From Eledone cirrhosa (taxonomy: Eukaryota), in contig OZ024757.1 of NCBI GenBank assembly GCA_964016885.1, forward strand, positions 31,124,001 through 31,188,000: a stretch of 64,000 bases of DNA. Reading direction: 5' to 3'. The position numbers and the translations under genes were made by a program. The notes under the pieces were generated by a model. The model was given only the letters and a program-made list of their open reading frames with translations. It was not told where the DNA came from and made no database searches. The first letter of the stretch is position 1. Every line of letters begins with the position of its first letter. Positions 25,601 to 40,600 of this stretch are shown piece after piece.

Positions 25601-28600
25601 TCTTAAAGAAGTCTCCCCTCGTACCTTGTTAAAGAATTGTCTCCCTGTACCTTATTAAAGAAGTCTCCCCTCGTACCTTATTAAAGACGTCTCCCTTCGT
25701 ATCATATTAAAGAAGTCTCCCTTCGTACCTTATTAAAGAAGTCTCCCTTCGTACCTTATTAAAGAAGCCTGCCCTCGTACCTTATTAACGAAGTCTGCCC
25801 TCGTAGCTTATTAAAGAAATCTCTACCTGTACCTCATTAAAAAGTCTCTCCCTGTAGCTTATTAAAGAAGTCTCCCCTCGTACCTTATTAAAGAAGTCTC
25901 CCTTCGTACCATATTAAAGAAGTCTCCCCTCGTACTATATTAAAGAAGTCTACCCTCGTACCTTATTAAAGAAGTCATCCTTGGTACCTTATTAAAGAAT
26001 TCTGCCCTCGTACCTTATTAACGAAGTCTGCCCTCGTAGCTTATTAAAGAATTCTCTACCTGTACCTTGTTAAAGAAGTCTCCCCTCGTACCTTGTTAAA
26101 GAATTCTCTACCTGTACCTTATTAAAGAAGTATCCCCTCGTTCCTTATTAAAGAAGTCTCCCTCCGTACCTTATTAAAGAAGTCTCCCCTCGTACCTATT
26201 TAAAGAATTCTCTCCCTGTACCTTATTATAGAAGTATCCCTTCGTACCTTATTAAAGAAGTCTCCCTTCGTACCTTATTAAAGAAGTCTCCCCATCGTAC
26301 CTTGTTAAAGAAGTCTCCCCTCGTACCTTGTTAAAGAATTCTCTCCATGTACCTTATTAAAGAAGTCACTCCCTGTATCTTATTAAAGAAGTCTCCCCCT
26401 CGTACCTTCTTAAATAAGTCTCCCCTCGTATTTGTTAAAGAATTGTCTCCCTGTACCTTATTAAAGAAGTCTCCCCTCGTACTTTATTAAAGAAGTCTGG
26501 CCTCGTACCTTATTAAAGAAGGCTCTCCCTGTACCTCATTAAAGAAGTCTCCCTTCGTACCTTGTTAAAGAATTCTCTCCCTGTACCTCATTAAAAAGTC
26601 TCTCCCTGTACCTTATTAAAAAAGTCTCTCCCTATACCTTATTAAAGAAGTATCCCCTCGTACCGTATCAAAGAAGTCTCCCTTCATAACTTATTAAAGA
26701 AGTCTCCCTTCGTACCTTATGAAAGAAGTCACGCCTCGTACCTTGTTAAAGAATTCTCTCCATGTATCTCATTAAAAAGTCTCTCCCTGTACCTTATTAA
26801 AGAAGTATCCCCTCGTTCCTTATTAAAGAAGTCTCCCTCCGTACCTTATTAAAGAAGTCTCCCCTCGTACCTAGTTAACGAATTCTCTCCCCGTAACTTA
26901 TTAAAGAAGTCTCCCCTCGTACTTTGTTAAAGAATTCTCTCCCTGTACCTCATTAAAAAGTCTCTCCCTGTACCTTATTAAAAAAGTCTCTCCCTATACC
27001 TTATTAAAGAAGTATCCCCTCGTACCTTATCAAAGAAGTCTCCCTTCGTACTTTATTAAACAAGTTACCCCTCGTACCTCATTAAAAATGCTCTCCCTGT
27101 ACCTCATTAAAAAAGTCCCTCCCTGTACCTTATTAAAGAAGTATCCCTCGTACCTTCTTAAAGAAGTCTCCCTTCGTACCTTATTAAAGAAGTCTCCCTT
27201 CGTACCTTATTAAAGAAGTCTCCCCTCGTACCTTATTATAGAAGTCTGGCCTAGTACATTATTAAAGAAATCTCTCCCTGTACCTCATTAAAGAAGTCTC
27301 CCTTCGCACCTTATTAAAGAATTATCTCCATGTACATTCTTAAAGAAGTATCCCCTCGTACCTTATCAAAGAAGTCTCCCTTCGTACCTTATTAAAGAAG
27401 TCTCCCTTCGTACCTTATTAAAGAAGTCTCCCTTCGTACCTTATTAAAGAAGTCTGCCTTCGTGCCTTATGAAGGAATTCTCCCTTCGTACCTTATGAAA
27501 GAAGTCTCCCCTCGTACCTTGTTAAAGAAGTCTACCTTCGTACCTTGTAAAAGAATTCTCTCCCTGTACCTCATTAAAAAATGCACTCCCTGTACCTCAT
27601 TAAAAAGTCTCTCCCTGTACCTTATTAAAGAAGTATCCCCTCGTACCTTATCAAAGAAGTCTCCCTTCGTAACTTATTAAAGAAGTCTCCCTTCGTACCT
27701 TATGTAAGAAGTCACCCTTCGTACCTTGTTAAAGAATTGTCTCCCTGTAGCTTATTAAAGAAGTCTCCCCTCGTACCTTATTAAAGAAATCTCCCTTCGT
27801 ACCATATTAAAGAAGTCTCCCCTCGTACTATATTAAAGAAGTCTACCCTCGTACCTTATTAAAGAAGTCAACCTTGGTACCTTATTAAAGAAGTCTGCCC
27901 TCGTACCTTATTAACGAAGTCTGCCCTCGTAGCTTATTAAAGAATTCTCTACCTGTACCTTGTTAAAGAAGTCTCCCCTCGTACCTTGTTAAAGAATTCT
28001 CTACCTGTACCTTATTAAAGAAGTATCCCCTCGTTCTTTATTAAAGAAGTCTCCCTCCGTACCTTATTAAAGAAGTCTCCCCTCGTACCTATTTAAAGAA
28101 TTCTCTCCCTGTACCTTATTATAGAAGTATCCCTTCGTACCTTATTAAAGAAGTCTCCCTTCGTACCTTATTAAAGAAGTCTCCCCATCGTACCTTGTTA
28201 AAGAAGTCTCCCCTCGTACCTTGTTAAAGAATACTCTCCATGTACCTTATTAAAGAAGTCACTCCCTGTATCTTATTAAAGAAGTCTCCCCTCGTACCTT
28301 ATTATAGAAGTCTCCCCCTCGTACCTTCTTAAAGAAGTCTCCCCTCGTATTTGTTAAAGAATTGTCTCCCTGTACCTTATTAAAGATGTCTCCCCTCGTA
28401 CTTTATTAAAGAAGTCTGGCCTCGTACCTTATTAAAGAAGGCTCTCCCTGTACCTCATTAAAGAAGTCTCCCTTCGTACCTTGTTAAAGAATTCTCTCCC
28501 TGTACCTCATTAAAAAGTCTCTCCCTGTAACTTATTAAAAAAGTCTCTCCCTATACCTTATTAAAGAAGTATCCCCTCGTACCTTATCAAAGAAGTCTCC

Positions 28601-31600
28601 CTCCGTACCTTATTAAAGAAGTCTCCCTTCGTACCTTATGAAAGAAGTCACCCCTCGTACCTTGTTAAAGATTTCTCTCCCTGTATCTCATTAAAAAGTC
28701 TCTCCCTGTACCTTATTAAAGAAGTATCCCCTCGTACCTTATCAAAGAAGTCTCCCTTCGTACCTTATTAAAGAAGTCTCCCTTCGTACCTTATTAAAGA
28801 AGTCTCCCTTCGTACCTTATTAAAGAATTCTCCCTTCGTACCTTATTAAAGAAGTCTGCCTTCGTGCCTTATGAAAGAATTCTCCCCTCGTAACTTGTTA
28901 AAGAAGTCTCCCCTCGTACCTTGTTGAAGAATTCTCTACCTGTACCTTATTAAAGAAGTATCCCCTCGTGCCTTATTAAAGAAGTCTCCCTCCGTACCTT
29001 ATTAAAGAAGTCTCCCCTCGTACCTAGTTAACTAATTCTCTCCCTGTACCTTGTTAAAGAAGTCTCCCCTCGAAACCTTGTTGAAGAATTCTCTACCTGT
29101 ACCTTATTAAAGAAGTCTCCCCTCGTACCTTATTAAAGAAGTCTGGCCTCGTACCTTATTAAAGAAGGCTCTACATCTACATCATTAAAGAAGTCTCCCT
29201 TCGTACCTTGTTAAAGAATTCTCTCCCTGTACCTTATTAAAAAAGTCTCTCCCTATACCTTATTAAAGATGTATCCCCTCGTACCGTATCAAAGAAGTCT
29301 CCCTCCGTACCTTATTAAAGAAGTCTCCCTTCGTACCTTATGAAAGAAGTCACGCCTCGTACCTTGTTAAAGAATTCTCTCCATGTATCTCATTAAAAAG
29401 TCTCTCCCTGTACCTTATTAAAGAAGTATCCCCTCGTTCCTTATTAAAGAAGTCTCCCTCCGTACCTTATTAAAGAAGTCTCCCCTCGTACCTAGTTAAC
29501 GAATTCTCTCCCTGTAAATTATTAAAGAAGTCTCCCTTCGTACCTTGTTAAAGAATTCTCTCTCTGTATCTCATTAAAATGTCTCTCCCTGTACCTTATT
29601 AAAAAAGTCTCTCCCTATACCTTATTAAGGAAGTATCCCCTCGTACCTTATCAAAGAAGTCTCCCTTCGTACTTTATTAAAGAAGTTACCCCTCGTACCT
29701 TGTTAAAGAATTCTCTCCCTGTACCTCATTAAAAATGCTCTCCCTGTACCTCATTAAAAAAGTCTCTCCCTGTACCTTAATAAAGAAGTATCTCTCGTAC
29801 CTTCTTAAAGAAGTCTCCCTTCGTACCTTATTAAAGAAGTCTCCCTTCGTACCTTATTAAAGAAGTCTCCCCTCGTACCTTATTATAGAAGTCTGGCCTA
29901 GTACATTATTAAAGAAATCTCTCCCTGTACCTCATTAAAGAAGTCTCCCTTCGCACCTTATTAAAGAATTATCTCCATGTACATTCTTAAAGAAGTATCC
30001 CCTCGTACCTTATCAAAGAAGTCTCCCTTCGTGCCTTATTAAAGAAGTCTCCCTTCGTACCTTATTAAAGAAGTCTCCCTTCGTACCTTATTAAAGAAGT
30101 CTGCCTTCGTGCCTTATGAAGGAATTCTCCCTTCGTACCTTATGAAAGAAGTCTCCCCTCGTACCTTGTTAAAGAAGTCTACCTTCGTACCTTGTTAAAG
30201 AATTCTCTCCCTGTACCTCATTAAAAAATGCACTCCCTGTACCTCATTAAAAAAGTCTCTCCCTGTACCTTATTAAAGAAGTATCCCCTCGTACCTTATC
30301 AAAGAAGTCTCCCTTCGTACCTTATTAAAGAAGTCTGCCTTCGTGCCTTATGAAAGAATTCTCCCCTCGTAACGTGTTAAAGAAGTCTCCCCTCGTACCT
30401 TGTTAAAGAATTCTCAGCCTGTACTTATTAAAGAATTCTCTCCCTGTACCTTCTTAAAAAGTCTCCCCTCGTACCTTGTTAAAGAATTGTCTCCCTGTAC
30501 CTTATTAAAGAAGTGACCCTCTACCTTATTAAAGAGGTCTCCCTTCGTACCATATTAAAGAAGTCTCCCCTCGTACCTTATTAAAGAAGTCTCCCTTCGT
30601 ATCATATTAAAGAAGTCTACCCTCGTACCTTATTAAAGAAGTCTCCCTTCGTACCTTATTAAAGAAGTCTGCCCTCGTACCTTATTAACGAAGTCTGGCC
30701 TCGTAGCTTATTAAAGAATTCTCTTCCTGTACCTTGTTAAAGAAGTCTCCCCTCTTACCTTGTTGAAGAATTCTCTACCTGTACCTTATTAAAGAAGTAT
30801 CCCCTCGTGCCTTATTAAAGAAGTCTCCCTCCGTACCTTATTAAAGAAGTCTGGCCTCGTACCTTATTAAAGAAGGCTCTACCTCTACCTCATTAAAGAA
30901 GTCTCCCCTCGTACCTTATTAAAGAAGTCTTCCTTCGTACTTTATTGAAGAAGTCTCCCTTCGTACCTTATTAAAGAAGTCTCCCCTCGTAACTTGTTAA
31001 AGAATTCTCTACCTGTACCTTATTAAAGAAGTATCCCCTCGTTCCTTATTAAAGAAGTCTCCCTCCGTACCTTATTAAAGAAGTCTCCCCTCGTACCTAT
31101 TTAAAGAATTCTCTCCCTGTACCTTATTATAGAAGTCTCCCTCCGTACCTTATTAAAGATGTCTCCCTTCGTACCTTATTAAAGAAGTCTGCCCTCGTAC
31201 CTTATTAACGAAGTCTGCCCTCGTAGCTTATTAAAGAATTCTCTTCCTGTACCTTGTTAAAGAAGTCTCCCCTCTTAGCTTGTTGAAGAATTCTCTACCT
31301 GTACCTTATTAAAGAAGTATCCCCTCGTGCCTTATTAAAGAAGTCTCCCTCCGTACCTTATTAAAGAAGTCTCCCCTCGTACCTTGTTAAAGAAGTCTGG
31401 CCTCGTACCTTATTAAAGAAGGCTCTACCTCTACCTCATTAAAGAAGTCTCCCCTCGTACCTTATTAAAGGAGTCTCCCTTCGTACCTTATTGAAGAAGT
31501 CTCCCTTCGTACCTTATTAAAGAAGTCTCCCCTCGTAACTTGTTAAAGAAGTCTCCCCTCGTACCTTGTTAAAGAATTCTCACCCTGTACCTTATTAAAG

Positions 31601-34600
31601 AATTCTCACCCTGTACCTTATTAAAGAATTCTCTCCCTGTACCTTCTTAAAGAAGTCTCCCCTTGTACCTTGTTAAAGAATTGTCTCCCTGTACCTTATT
31701 AAAGAAGTCTCCCCTCGTACCTTATTAAAGAAGTCTCCCTTCGTATCATATTAAAGAAGTCTCCCTTCGTACCTTATTAAAGAAGTCTCCCTTCGTACAT
31801 TATTAAAGAAGTCTGCCCTCGTACCTTATTAACGAAGTCTGCCCTCGTAGCTTATTAAAGAAATCTCTACCTGTACCTCATTAAAAAGTCTCTCCCTGTA
31901 CCTTATTAAAGAAGTATCCCCTCGTACCTTATCAAAGAAGTCTCCCTTCGTAGCTTATTAAAGAAGTCTCCCTTCGTACCTTATGAAAGAAGTCACCCTT
32001 CGTACCTTGTTAAAGAATTGTCTCCCTGTAGCTTATTAAAGAAGTCTCCCCTCGTACCTTATTAAAGAAGTCTCGCTTCGTACCATATTAAAGAAGTCTC
32101 CCCTCGTACTATATTAAAGAAGTCTACCCTCGTACCTTATTAAAGAAGTCATCCTTGGTACCTTATTAAAGAAGTCTGCCCTCGTACCTTATTAACGAAG
32201 TCTGCCCTCGTAGCTTATTAAAGAATTCTCTACCTGTACCTTGTTAAAGAAGTCTCCCCTCGTACCTTGTTAAAGAATTCTCTACCTGTACCTTATTAAA
32301 GAAGTATCCCCTCGTTCCTTATTAAAGAAGTCTCCCTCCGTACCTTATTAAAGAAGTCTCCCCTCGTACCTATTTAAAGAATCCTCTCCCTGTACCTTAT
32401 TATAGAAGTATCCCTTCGTACCTTATTAAAGAAGTCTCCCTTCGTACCTTATTAAAGAAGTCTCCCCATCGTACCTTGTTAAAGAAGTCTCCCCTCGTAC
32501 CTTGTTAAAGAATTCTCTCCATGTACCTTATTAAAGAAGTCTCCCCTCGTACCTTATTAAAGAAGTCTCCCCTCGTACCTTATTATAGAAGTCTCCCCCT
32601 CGTACCTTCTTAAAGAAGTCTCCCCTCGTATTTGTTAAAGAATTGTCTCCATGTACCTTATTAAAGAAGTCTCCCCTCGTACTGTATTAAAGAAGTCTGG
32701 CCTCGTACCTTATTAAAGAAGGCTCTCCCTGTACCTCATTAAAGAAGTCTCCCTTCGTACCTTGTTAAAGAATTCTCTCCCTGTACCTCATTAAAAAGTC
32801 TCTCCCTGTACCTTATTAAAAAAGTCTCTCTCTATACATTATTAAAGAAGTATCCCCTCGTACCTTATCAAAGAAGTCTCCCTCCGTACCTTATTAAAGA
32901 AGTCTCCCTTCGTACCTTATGAAAGAAGTCACCCCTCGTACCTTCTTAAAGAAGTCTCCCCTCGTATTTGTTAAAGAATTGTCTCCCTGTACCTTATTAA
33001 AGAAGTCTCCCCTCGTACTGTATTAAAGAAGTCTGGCCTCGTACCTTATTAAAGAAGGCTCTCCCTGTACCTCATTAAAGAAGTCTCCCTTCGTACCTTG
33101 TTAAAGAATTCTCTCCCTGTACCTCATTACAAAGTCTCTCCCTGTACCTTATTAAAAAAGTCTCTCCCTATACCTTATTAAAGAAGTATCCCCTCGTACC
33201 TTATCAAAAAAGTCTCCCTCCGTACCTTATTAAAGAAGTCTCCTTTCGTATCTTATGAAAGAAGTCACCCCTCGTACCTTGTTAAAGAATTCTCTCCCTG
33301 TATCTCATTAAAAAGTCGCTCCCTGTACCTTATTAAAGAAGTATCCCCTCGTTCCTTATTAAAGAAGTCTCCCTCCGTACCTTATTAAAGAAGTCTCCCC
33401 TCGTACCTAGTTAACGAATTCTCTCCCTGTAACTTATTAAAGAAGTCTCCCCTCGTACTTTGTTACAGAATTCTCTCCCTGTACCTCATTAAAGAAGTCT
33501 CCCTTCGTACCTTGTTAAAGAATTCTCTCCCTGTATCTCATTAAAAAGTCTCTCCCTGTACCTTATTAAAAAACTCTCTCCCTATACCTTATTAAAGAAG
33601 TATCCCCTCGTACCTTATCAAAGAAGTCTCCCTTCGTACTTTATTAAAGAAGTTACCCCTCGTACCTTGTTAAAGAATTCTCTCCCTGTACCTCATTAAA
33701 AAAGTCTCTCCCTGTACCTCATTAAAAAAGTCTCTCCCTGTACCTTATTAAAGAAGTATCCCTCGTACCTTCTTAAAGAATTCTCCCTTCATACCTTATT
33801 AAAGAAGTCTCCCTTCGTACCTTATTAAAGAAGTCTCCCCTCGTACCTTATTATAGAAGTCTGGCCTAGTACATTATTAAAGAAATCTCTCCCTGTACCT
33901 CATTAAAGAAGTCTCCCTTCGCACCTTATTAAAGAATTATCTCCATGTACATTCTTAAAGAAGTATCCCCTCGTACCTTATCAAAGAAGTCTACCTTCGT
34001 ACCTTATTAAAGAAGTCTCCCTTCGTACCTTATTAAAGAAGTCTCCCTTCGTACCTTATTAAAGAAGTCTGCCTTCGTGCCTTATGAAGGAATTCTCCCT
34101 TCGTACCTTATGAAAGAAGTCTCCCCTCGTACCTTGTTAAAGAAGTCTACCTTCGTACCTTGTTAAAGAATTCTCTCCCTGTACCTCATTAAAAAATGCA
34201 CTCCCTTTACCTCATTAAAAAAGTCTCTCCCTGTACCTTATTAAAGAAGTATCCCCTCGTACCTTATCAAAGAAGTCTCCCTTCGTACCTTATTAAAGAA
34301 GTCTCCCTTCGTACCTTATTAAAGATGTCTCCCTTCGTACCTTATTAAAGAAGTCTGCCTTCGTGCCTTATGAAAGAATTCTCCCCTCGTAACTTGTTAA
34401 AGAAGTCTCCCCTCGTACCTTGTTAAAGAATTCTCTCCCTGTACCTTCTTAAAAAGTCTCCCCTCGTACCTTGTTAAAGAATTGTCTCCCTGTACCTTAT
34501 TAAAGAAGTGTCCCCTCTACCTTATTAAAGAAGTCTCCCTTCGTACCATATTAAAGAAGTCTCCCCTCGTACCTTATTAAAGAAGTCTCCCTTCGTATCA

Positions 34601-37600
34601 TATTAAAGAAGTCTACCCTCGTACCTTATTAAAGAAGTCTCCCTTCGTACCGTATTAAAGAAGTCTGCCCTCGTACCTTATTAACGAAGTCTGCCCTCGT
34701 AGCTTATTAAAGAATTCTCTTCCTGTACCTTGTTAAAGAAGTCTCCCCTCGTACCTTGTTGAAGAATTCTCTCCCTGTACCTCATTAAAAAGTCTCTCCC
34801 TGTACCTTATTAAAAAAGTCTCTCCCTATACCTTATTAAAGAAGTATCCCCTCGTACCTTATCAAAGAAGTCTCCCTTCGTACCTTATTAAAGAAGTCTC
34901 CCTTCGTACCTTATGAAAGAAGTCACCCTCGTACCTTGTTAAAGAAGTCTACCCTCGGACCTTGTTAAAGAATTCTCTCCCTGTACCTCATTAAAAAATG
35001 CTCTCCTGTACCTCATTAAAAAATGCTCTCCCTGTACCTTATTAAAGAAGTATCCCCTCGTACCTTATCAAAGAAGTCTCCCTCCGTACCTTATTAAAGA
35101 AGTCTCCCTTCGTACCTTATGAAAGAAATCACCCCTCGTACCTTGTTAAAGAATTCTCTCCCTGTATCTCATTAAAAAAGTCTCTCCCTGTACCTTATTA
35201 AAGAAGTATCCCCTCGTTCCTTATTAAAGAAGTGTCCCTCCGTACCTTATTAAAGAAGTCTCCACTCGTACCTATTTTACGAATTCTCTCCCTGTAACTT
35301 ATTAAAGAAGTCTCCCCTCGTACTTTGTTACAGAATTCTCTCCCTGTACCTCATTAAAGAAGTCTCCCTTCATACCTTGTTAAAGAATTCTCTCCCTGTA
35401 TCACATTAAAAAGTCTCTCCCTGTACCTTATTAAAAAGTCTCTCCCTATACCTTATTAAAGAAGTATCCCCTCGTACCTTATCAAAGAAGTCTCCCTTCG
35501 TACCTTATTTAAGAAGTTACCCCTCGTACCTTGTTAAAGAATTCTCTCCCTGTACCTCATTAAAAATGCTCTCCCTGTACCTCATTAAAAAAGTCTCTCC
35601 CTGTACCTTATTAAAGAAGTATCCCTCGTACCTTCTTAAAGAAGTCTCCCTTCGTACCTTATTAAAGAAGTATCCCTTCGTACCTTATTAAAGAAGTCTC
35701 CCCTCATACCTTATTAAAGAAGTCTGCCTTCGTGCCTTATGAAAGAATTCTCCCTTCGTACCTTATGAAAGAAGTCTCCCCTCGTACCTTGTTAAAGAAG
35801 TCTACCTTCGTACCTTGTTAAAGAATTCTCTCCCTGTACCTCATTAAAAAATGCTCTCCCTGTACCTCATTAAAAAAGTATCTCCCTGTACCTTATTAAA
35901 GAAGTATCCCCTCGTACCTTATCAAAGAAGTCTCCCTTCGTACCTTATTAAAGAAGTCTCCCTTCGTACCTTATTAAAGAAGTCTCCCTTCGTACCTTAT
36001 TAAAGAAGTCTCCCTTCGTACCTTATTAAAGAAGTCTCCCTTCGTACCTTATTAAAGAAGTCTGCCTTCGTGCCTTATGAAAGAATTCTCCCCTCGTAAC
36101 TTATTAAAGAAGTCTCCCTTCGTACCTTATTAAAGAAGTCTCCCCTCTTACCTTGTTAAAGAAGTCTCCCCTCGTACCTTGATAAAGAATTCTCTCCCTG
36201 AACCTTATTAAAGAAGTCTCCCGTCGTACCTTAATAAAGAAGTCTCCCTTCGTACCTTATTAAAGAAGACTGCTCTCGTACCTTATTAAAGAATTATCTC
36301 CCTGTACCTTGTTAAAGAAGTCTCTCCTCGTACCTCATTAAAGTCTCCCTGTACCTTGTTAAAGTAGTCTTGCCTCGTACCTGATTAAAGATGTCTCTCC
36401 CTCTACCTTGTTAAAGAAGTCTCCCCTCGTACCTTGCTAAAGAAGTCTTTCCTCGTACCTTGTTAAAGAAGTCTCCCCTCGTACCTTATTAAAGAAGTCT
36501 CCCCTCGTACATTATGAAAGAAGTCTCCCCTCGTACATTATTAAAGAAGTCTCCCCTCGTACCTTATTGAAGAAGTCTGCCCTCGTAACTTATTAAAGAA
36601 GTCTTTCATCGTACCTCATTAAAGAAGTCTCCCTTACCTTGTTAAAGAAGTCTCCCCTCGTACCTCATTAAAGATGTCTATCCCTGTACCTTCTTAAAGA
36701 AGTCTCCTCTCGTACCTTGTTAAAGAATTATTTCCCTGTACCTCATTAAAGAAGTCTCTCCCTGTACCTTATTAAAGTAGTTTTCCCTCGTACCTTATTA
36801 AAGAAGTCACCTTTCGTACCTTATTAAAGAAGTCTCCCCTCGTACCAATTAAAAAAGTCTCCCCTCGTACCTTATTAAAGAAGTCTCCCCTCGTACCTTA
36901 CAAAAGAAGTCTCTCCCTGTATTTATGAAAGAAGTCTCCCCTCGTACCTTATTAAAGATTTCTCCCCGCGTACTTTATTAAAGAATTCTCTCCCTCTACC
37001 TTGTTAAAGAAGACTCCCCTTGTACCTCGTTAAAGAATTCTCTCCCTATACCTCGTTAAAGAAGTCTCTCCCTGTACCTTATTAAAAAAGTCTCTCCCTG
37101 TACCTTATTAAAGAACTATCCCCTCGTACCTTATTATAGAAGTCTCCCTTCGTACGTTATTAAAGAAGTCTCCCTTCGTACCTTATTACAGAAGTCTCCC
37201 TCGTACGTTAATAAAGAATTCTCTACCTGTACCTTGTTAAAGAAGTCTCCCTTCGTACCTCATTAAAGAAGTCTCTCCCTGTACCTTGTTAAAGAAGTAT
37301 CCCTTCGTACCATGTTAAAGAAGTCTCTCCATGTACCTTCTTAAAAAGTCTCCCCTCGTACCTTATTAAAGAAGTCTCTCTTCGTAGCATATTAAAGAAG
37401 TCTCCCTTCGTACCATATTAAAGAAGTCTACCCTCGTACCATATTAAAGAAGTCTCCCCTCAAAACTTGTTAAAGAAGTCTCCCTTCGTACCTTATTAAA
37501 GAAGTCTGCCCTCGTACCTTACTAACGAAGTCTGCCCTCGTAGTTTATTAAAGAATTCTCTACCTGTACCTTGTTAAAGAAGTCTCCCCTCGTACATTGT

Positions 37601-40600
37601 TAAAGAATTCTCTACCTGTACCTTATTAAAGAAGTATCCCCTCGTTCCTTATTATAGAAGTCTCCCTCCGTACCTTTTTAAAGAAGTCTCCCCTCGTACC
37701 TAGTTAACGAATTCTCTCCCTATACCTTATTAAAGAAGTCTCCCTTCGTACCTTATTAAAGAAGTCTCCCTTCGTACCTTATTAAAGAAGTCTCCCCTCG
37801 TACCTTGTTAAAGAAGTCTCCCCTCGTACCTTGTTAAAGAATTCTCTCCCTGTACCTTATTAAAGAAGTCTCCCCTCGTACCTTATTAAAGAAGTCTCCC
37901 TTCGTACCTTATTAAAGAAGTCTCCCCTCGTACCTTGTTAAAGAAGACTCCCGTCGTACATTGTTAAAGAAGTCTCTACTTGTACCTTATTAAAGAAGTC
38001 TCCTCTCGTACCTTATTAAAGAAGTCTGCCCTCGTATCTTATTAAAGTATTATCTCCCTGTACCTTATTAAAGAAGTCTCTCCTCGTACATCATTAAAGT
38101 CTCCCTGTACCTTGTTAAAGTAGTCTTGCCTCGTACCTCATTAAAGATGTCCCTCCCTCTACTTTGTTAAAGAAGTCTCCCCTCGTACCTTGTTAAAGAA
38201 GTCTCCCCTCGTACCTTGTTAAAGAAGTCTCCCCTCGTACCTTGTTAAAGAAGTCTCCCCTCGTACATTATTAAAGAAGTCTCCCCTCGTACCTTATTGA
38301 AGAAGTCTGCCCTCGTAACTTATTAAAGTATTATCTCCCTGTACCTTATTAATTAAGTCTCTCATCGTACCTCATTAAAGAAGTCTCCCATCGTACCTCA
38401 TTAAAGATGTCTATCCCTGTACCTTCTTAAAGAAGTCTCCTCTCGTACCTTGTTAAAGAATTATTTCCCTTACCTCAAAAAAGAAGTCTCTCCCTGTACC
38501 TTATTAAAGAAGTTTTCCCTCATACCTTATTAAAGAAGTCTCTCCTCGTACCTTGTTAAAGAAGTCTCCCCTCGTACCTTGTTAAAGAATTCTCTCCCTG
38601 TACCTTATTAAAGAAGTCCCCCCTCGTACCTTATTAAAGAAGTCTCCCTTCGTACCTTATTAAAGAAGACTGCTCTCGTACCTTTTAAAGAATTATCTCC
38701 CTGTACCTTGTTAAAGAAGTCTCTCCTCGTACCTCATTAAAGTCTCCCTGTACCTTGTTAAAGTAGTCTCGCCTCGTACCTGATTAAAGATGTCTCTCCC
38801 TCTACCTTGTTAAAGAAGTCTCCCCTCGTACCTTGTTAAAGAAGTCTTTTCTCGTACCTTGTTAAAGATGTCTCCCCTCGTACCTTATTGAAGAAGTCTG
38901 CCCTCTTAACTTATTAAAGTATTATCTCCCTGTACCTTATTAAAGAAGTCTTTCATCGTACCTCATTAAAGAAGTCTCCCTTACCTTGTTAAAGAAGTCT
39001 CCCCTCGTACCTCATTAAAGATGTCTATCCCTGTACCTTCTTAAAGATGTCTCCTCTCGTACCTTGTTAAAGAATTATTTCCCTGTACCTCATTAAAGAA
39101 GTCTCTCCCTGTACCTTATTAAAGAAGTTTTCCCTCGTACCTTATTAAAGAAGTCACCTTTCGTACCTTATTAAAGAAGTCTCCCCTCGTACTAATTAAA
39201 AAAGTCTCCCCTAGTACCTTATTAAAGAAGTCTCCCCTCGTACCTTACTAAAGAAGTATCTCCCTGTACTTTATGAAAGAAGTCTCCCCTCGTACCTTAT
39301 TAAAGATTTCTCCCCGCGTACCTTATTAAAGAATTCTCTCCCTCTACCTTGTTAAAGAAGTCTCCGCTCGTACCTTGTTAAAGAAGACTCCCCTTGTACC
39401 TCGTTAAAGAATTCTCTCCCTATACCTCGTTAAAGAAGTCTCTCCCTGTACCTTATTAAAAAAGTCCCTCCCTGTACCTTATTAAAGAACTATCCCCTCG
39501 TACATTATTATAGAAGTCTCCCTTCGTACGTTATTAAAGAAGTCTCCCTTCGTACCTTATTACAGAAGTCTCCCTCGTACGTTAATAAAGAATTCTCTAC
39601 CTGTACCTTGTTAAAGAAGTCTCCCTTCGTACCATGTTAAAGAAGTCTCTCCATGTACCTTCTTAAAAAGTCTCCCCTCCTACCTTGTTAAAGAATTGTC
39701 TCCCTGTACCTTATTAAAGAAGTCTCCCCTCGTACCTTATTAAAGAAGTCTCCCCTCGTACCATATTAAAGAAGTCTCCCTTCGTACCTTATTAAAGAAG
39801 TCTGCCCTCGTACCTTATTAACGAAGTCTGCCCTCGTAGTTTATTAAAGAATTCTCTACCTGTACCTTGTTAAAGAATTCTCTCCCTTTACCTTATTAAA
39901 GAAGTCTCCCCTCGTACCTTATTAAAGAAGTCTCCCTTCGTACCATATTAAAGTAGTCTACCCTCGTACCATATCAAAGAAGTCTCCCTTCGTACCTTAT
40001 TAAAGAAGTCTCCCTTCGTACCTTATTAAAGAAGTCTCCCTTCGTACCTTATTAAAGAAGTCTGCCTTCGTGCCTTATTTATAGAATTCTCCCTTCGTAC
40101 CTTATGAAAGAAGTCTCCCCTCGTACCTTGTTAAAGAAGTCTACCTTCGTACCTTGTTAAAGAATTCTCTCCCTGTACTTCATTAAAAAATGCACTCCCT
40201 GAACCTCATTAAAAAGTCTCTCCCTGTACCTTATTAAAGAAGTATCCCCTCGTACCTTATCAAAGAAGTCTCCCTTCGTACCTTATTAAAGAAGTCTCCC
40301 TTCGTACCTTATTAAAGAAGTCTCCCTTCGTACCTTATTAAAGAAGTCTCCCTTCGTACCTTATTAAAGAAGTCTCCCTTCGTACCTTATTAAAGAAGTC
40401 TCCCTTCGTACCTTATTAAAGAAGTCTGCCTTCGTGCCTTATGAAAGAAGTCTGCCCTCGTAACATGTTAAAGAAGTCTCCCTTCGTACCTTGTTAAAGA
40501 ATTCTCATCCTGTACTTATTAAAGAATTCTCTCCCTGTACCTTCTTAAAAAGTCTCCCCTCGTACCTTGTTAAAGAATTGTCTCCCTGTACCTTATTAAA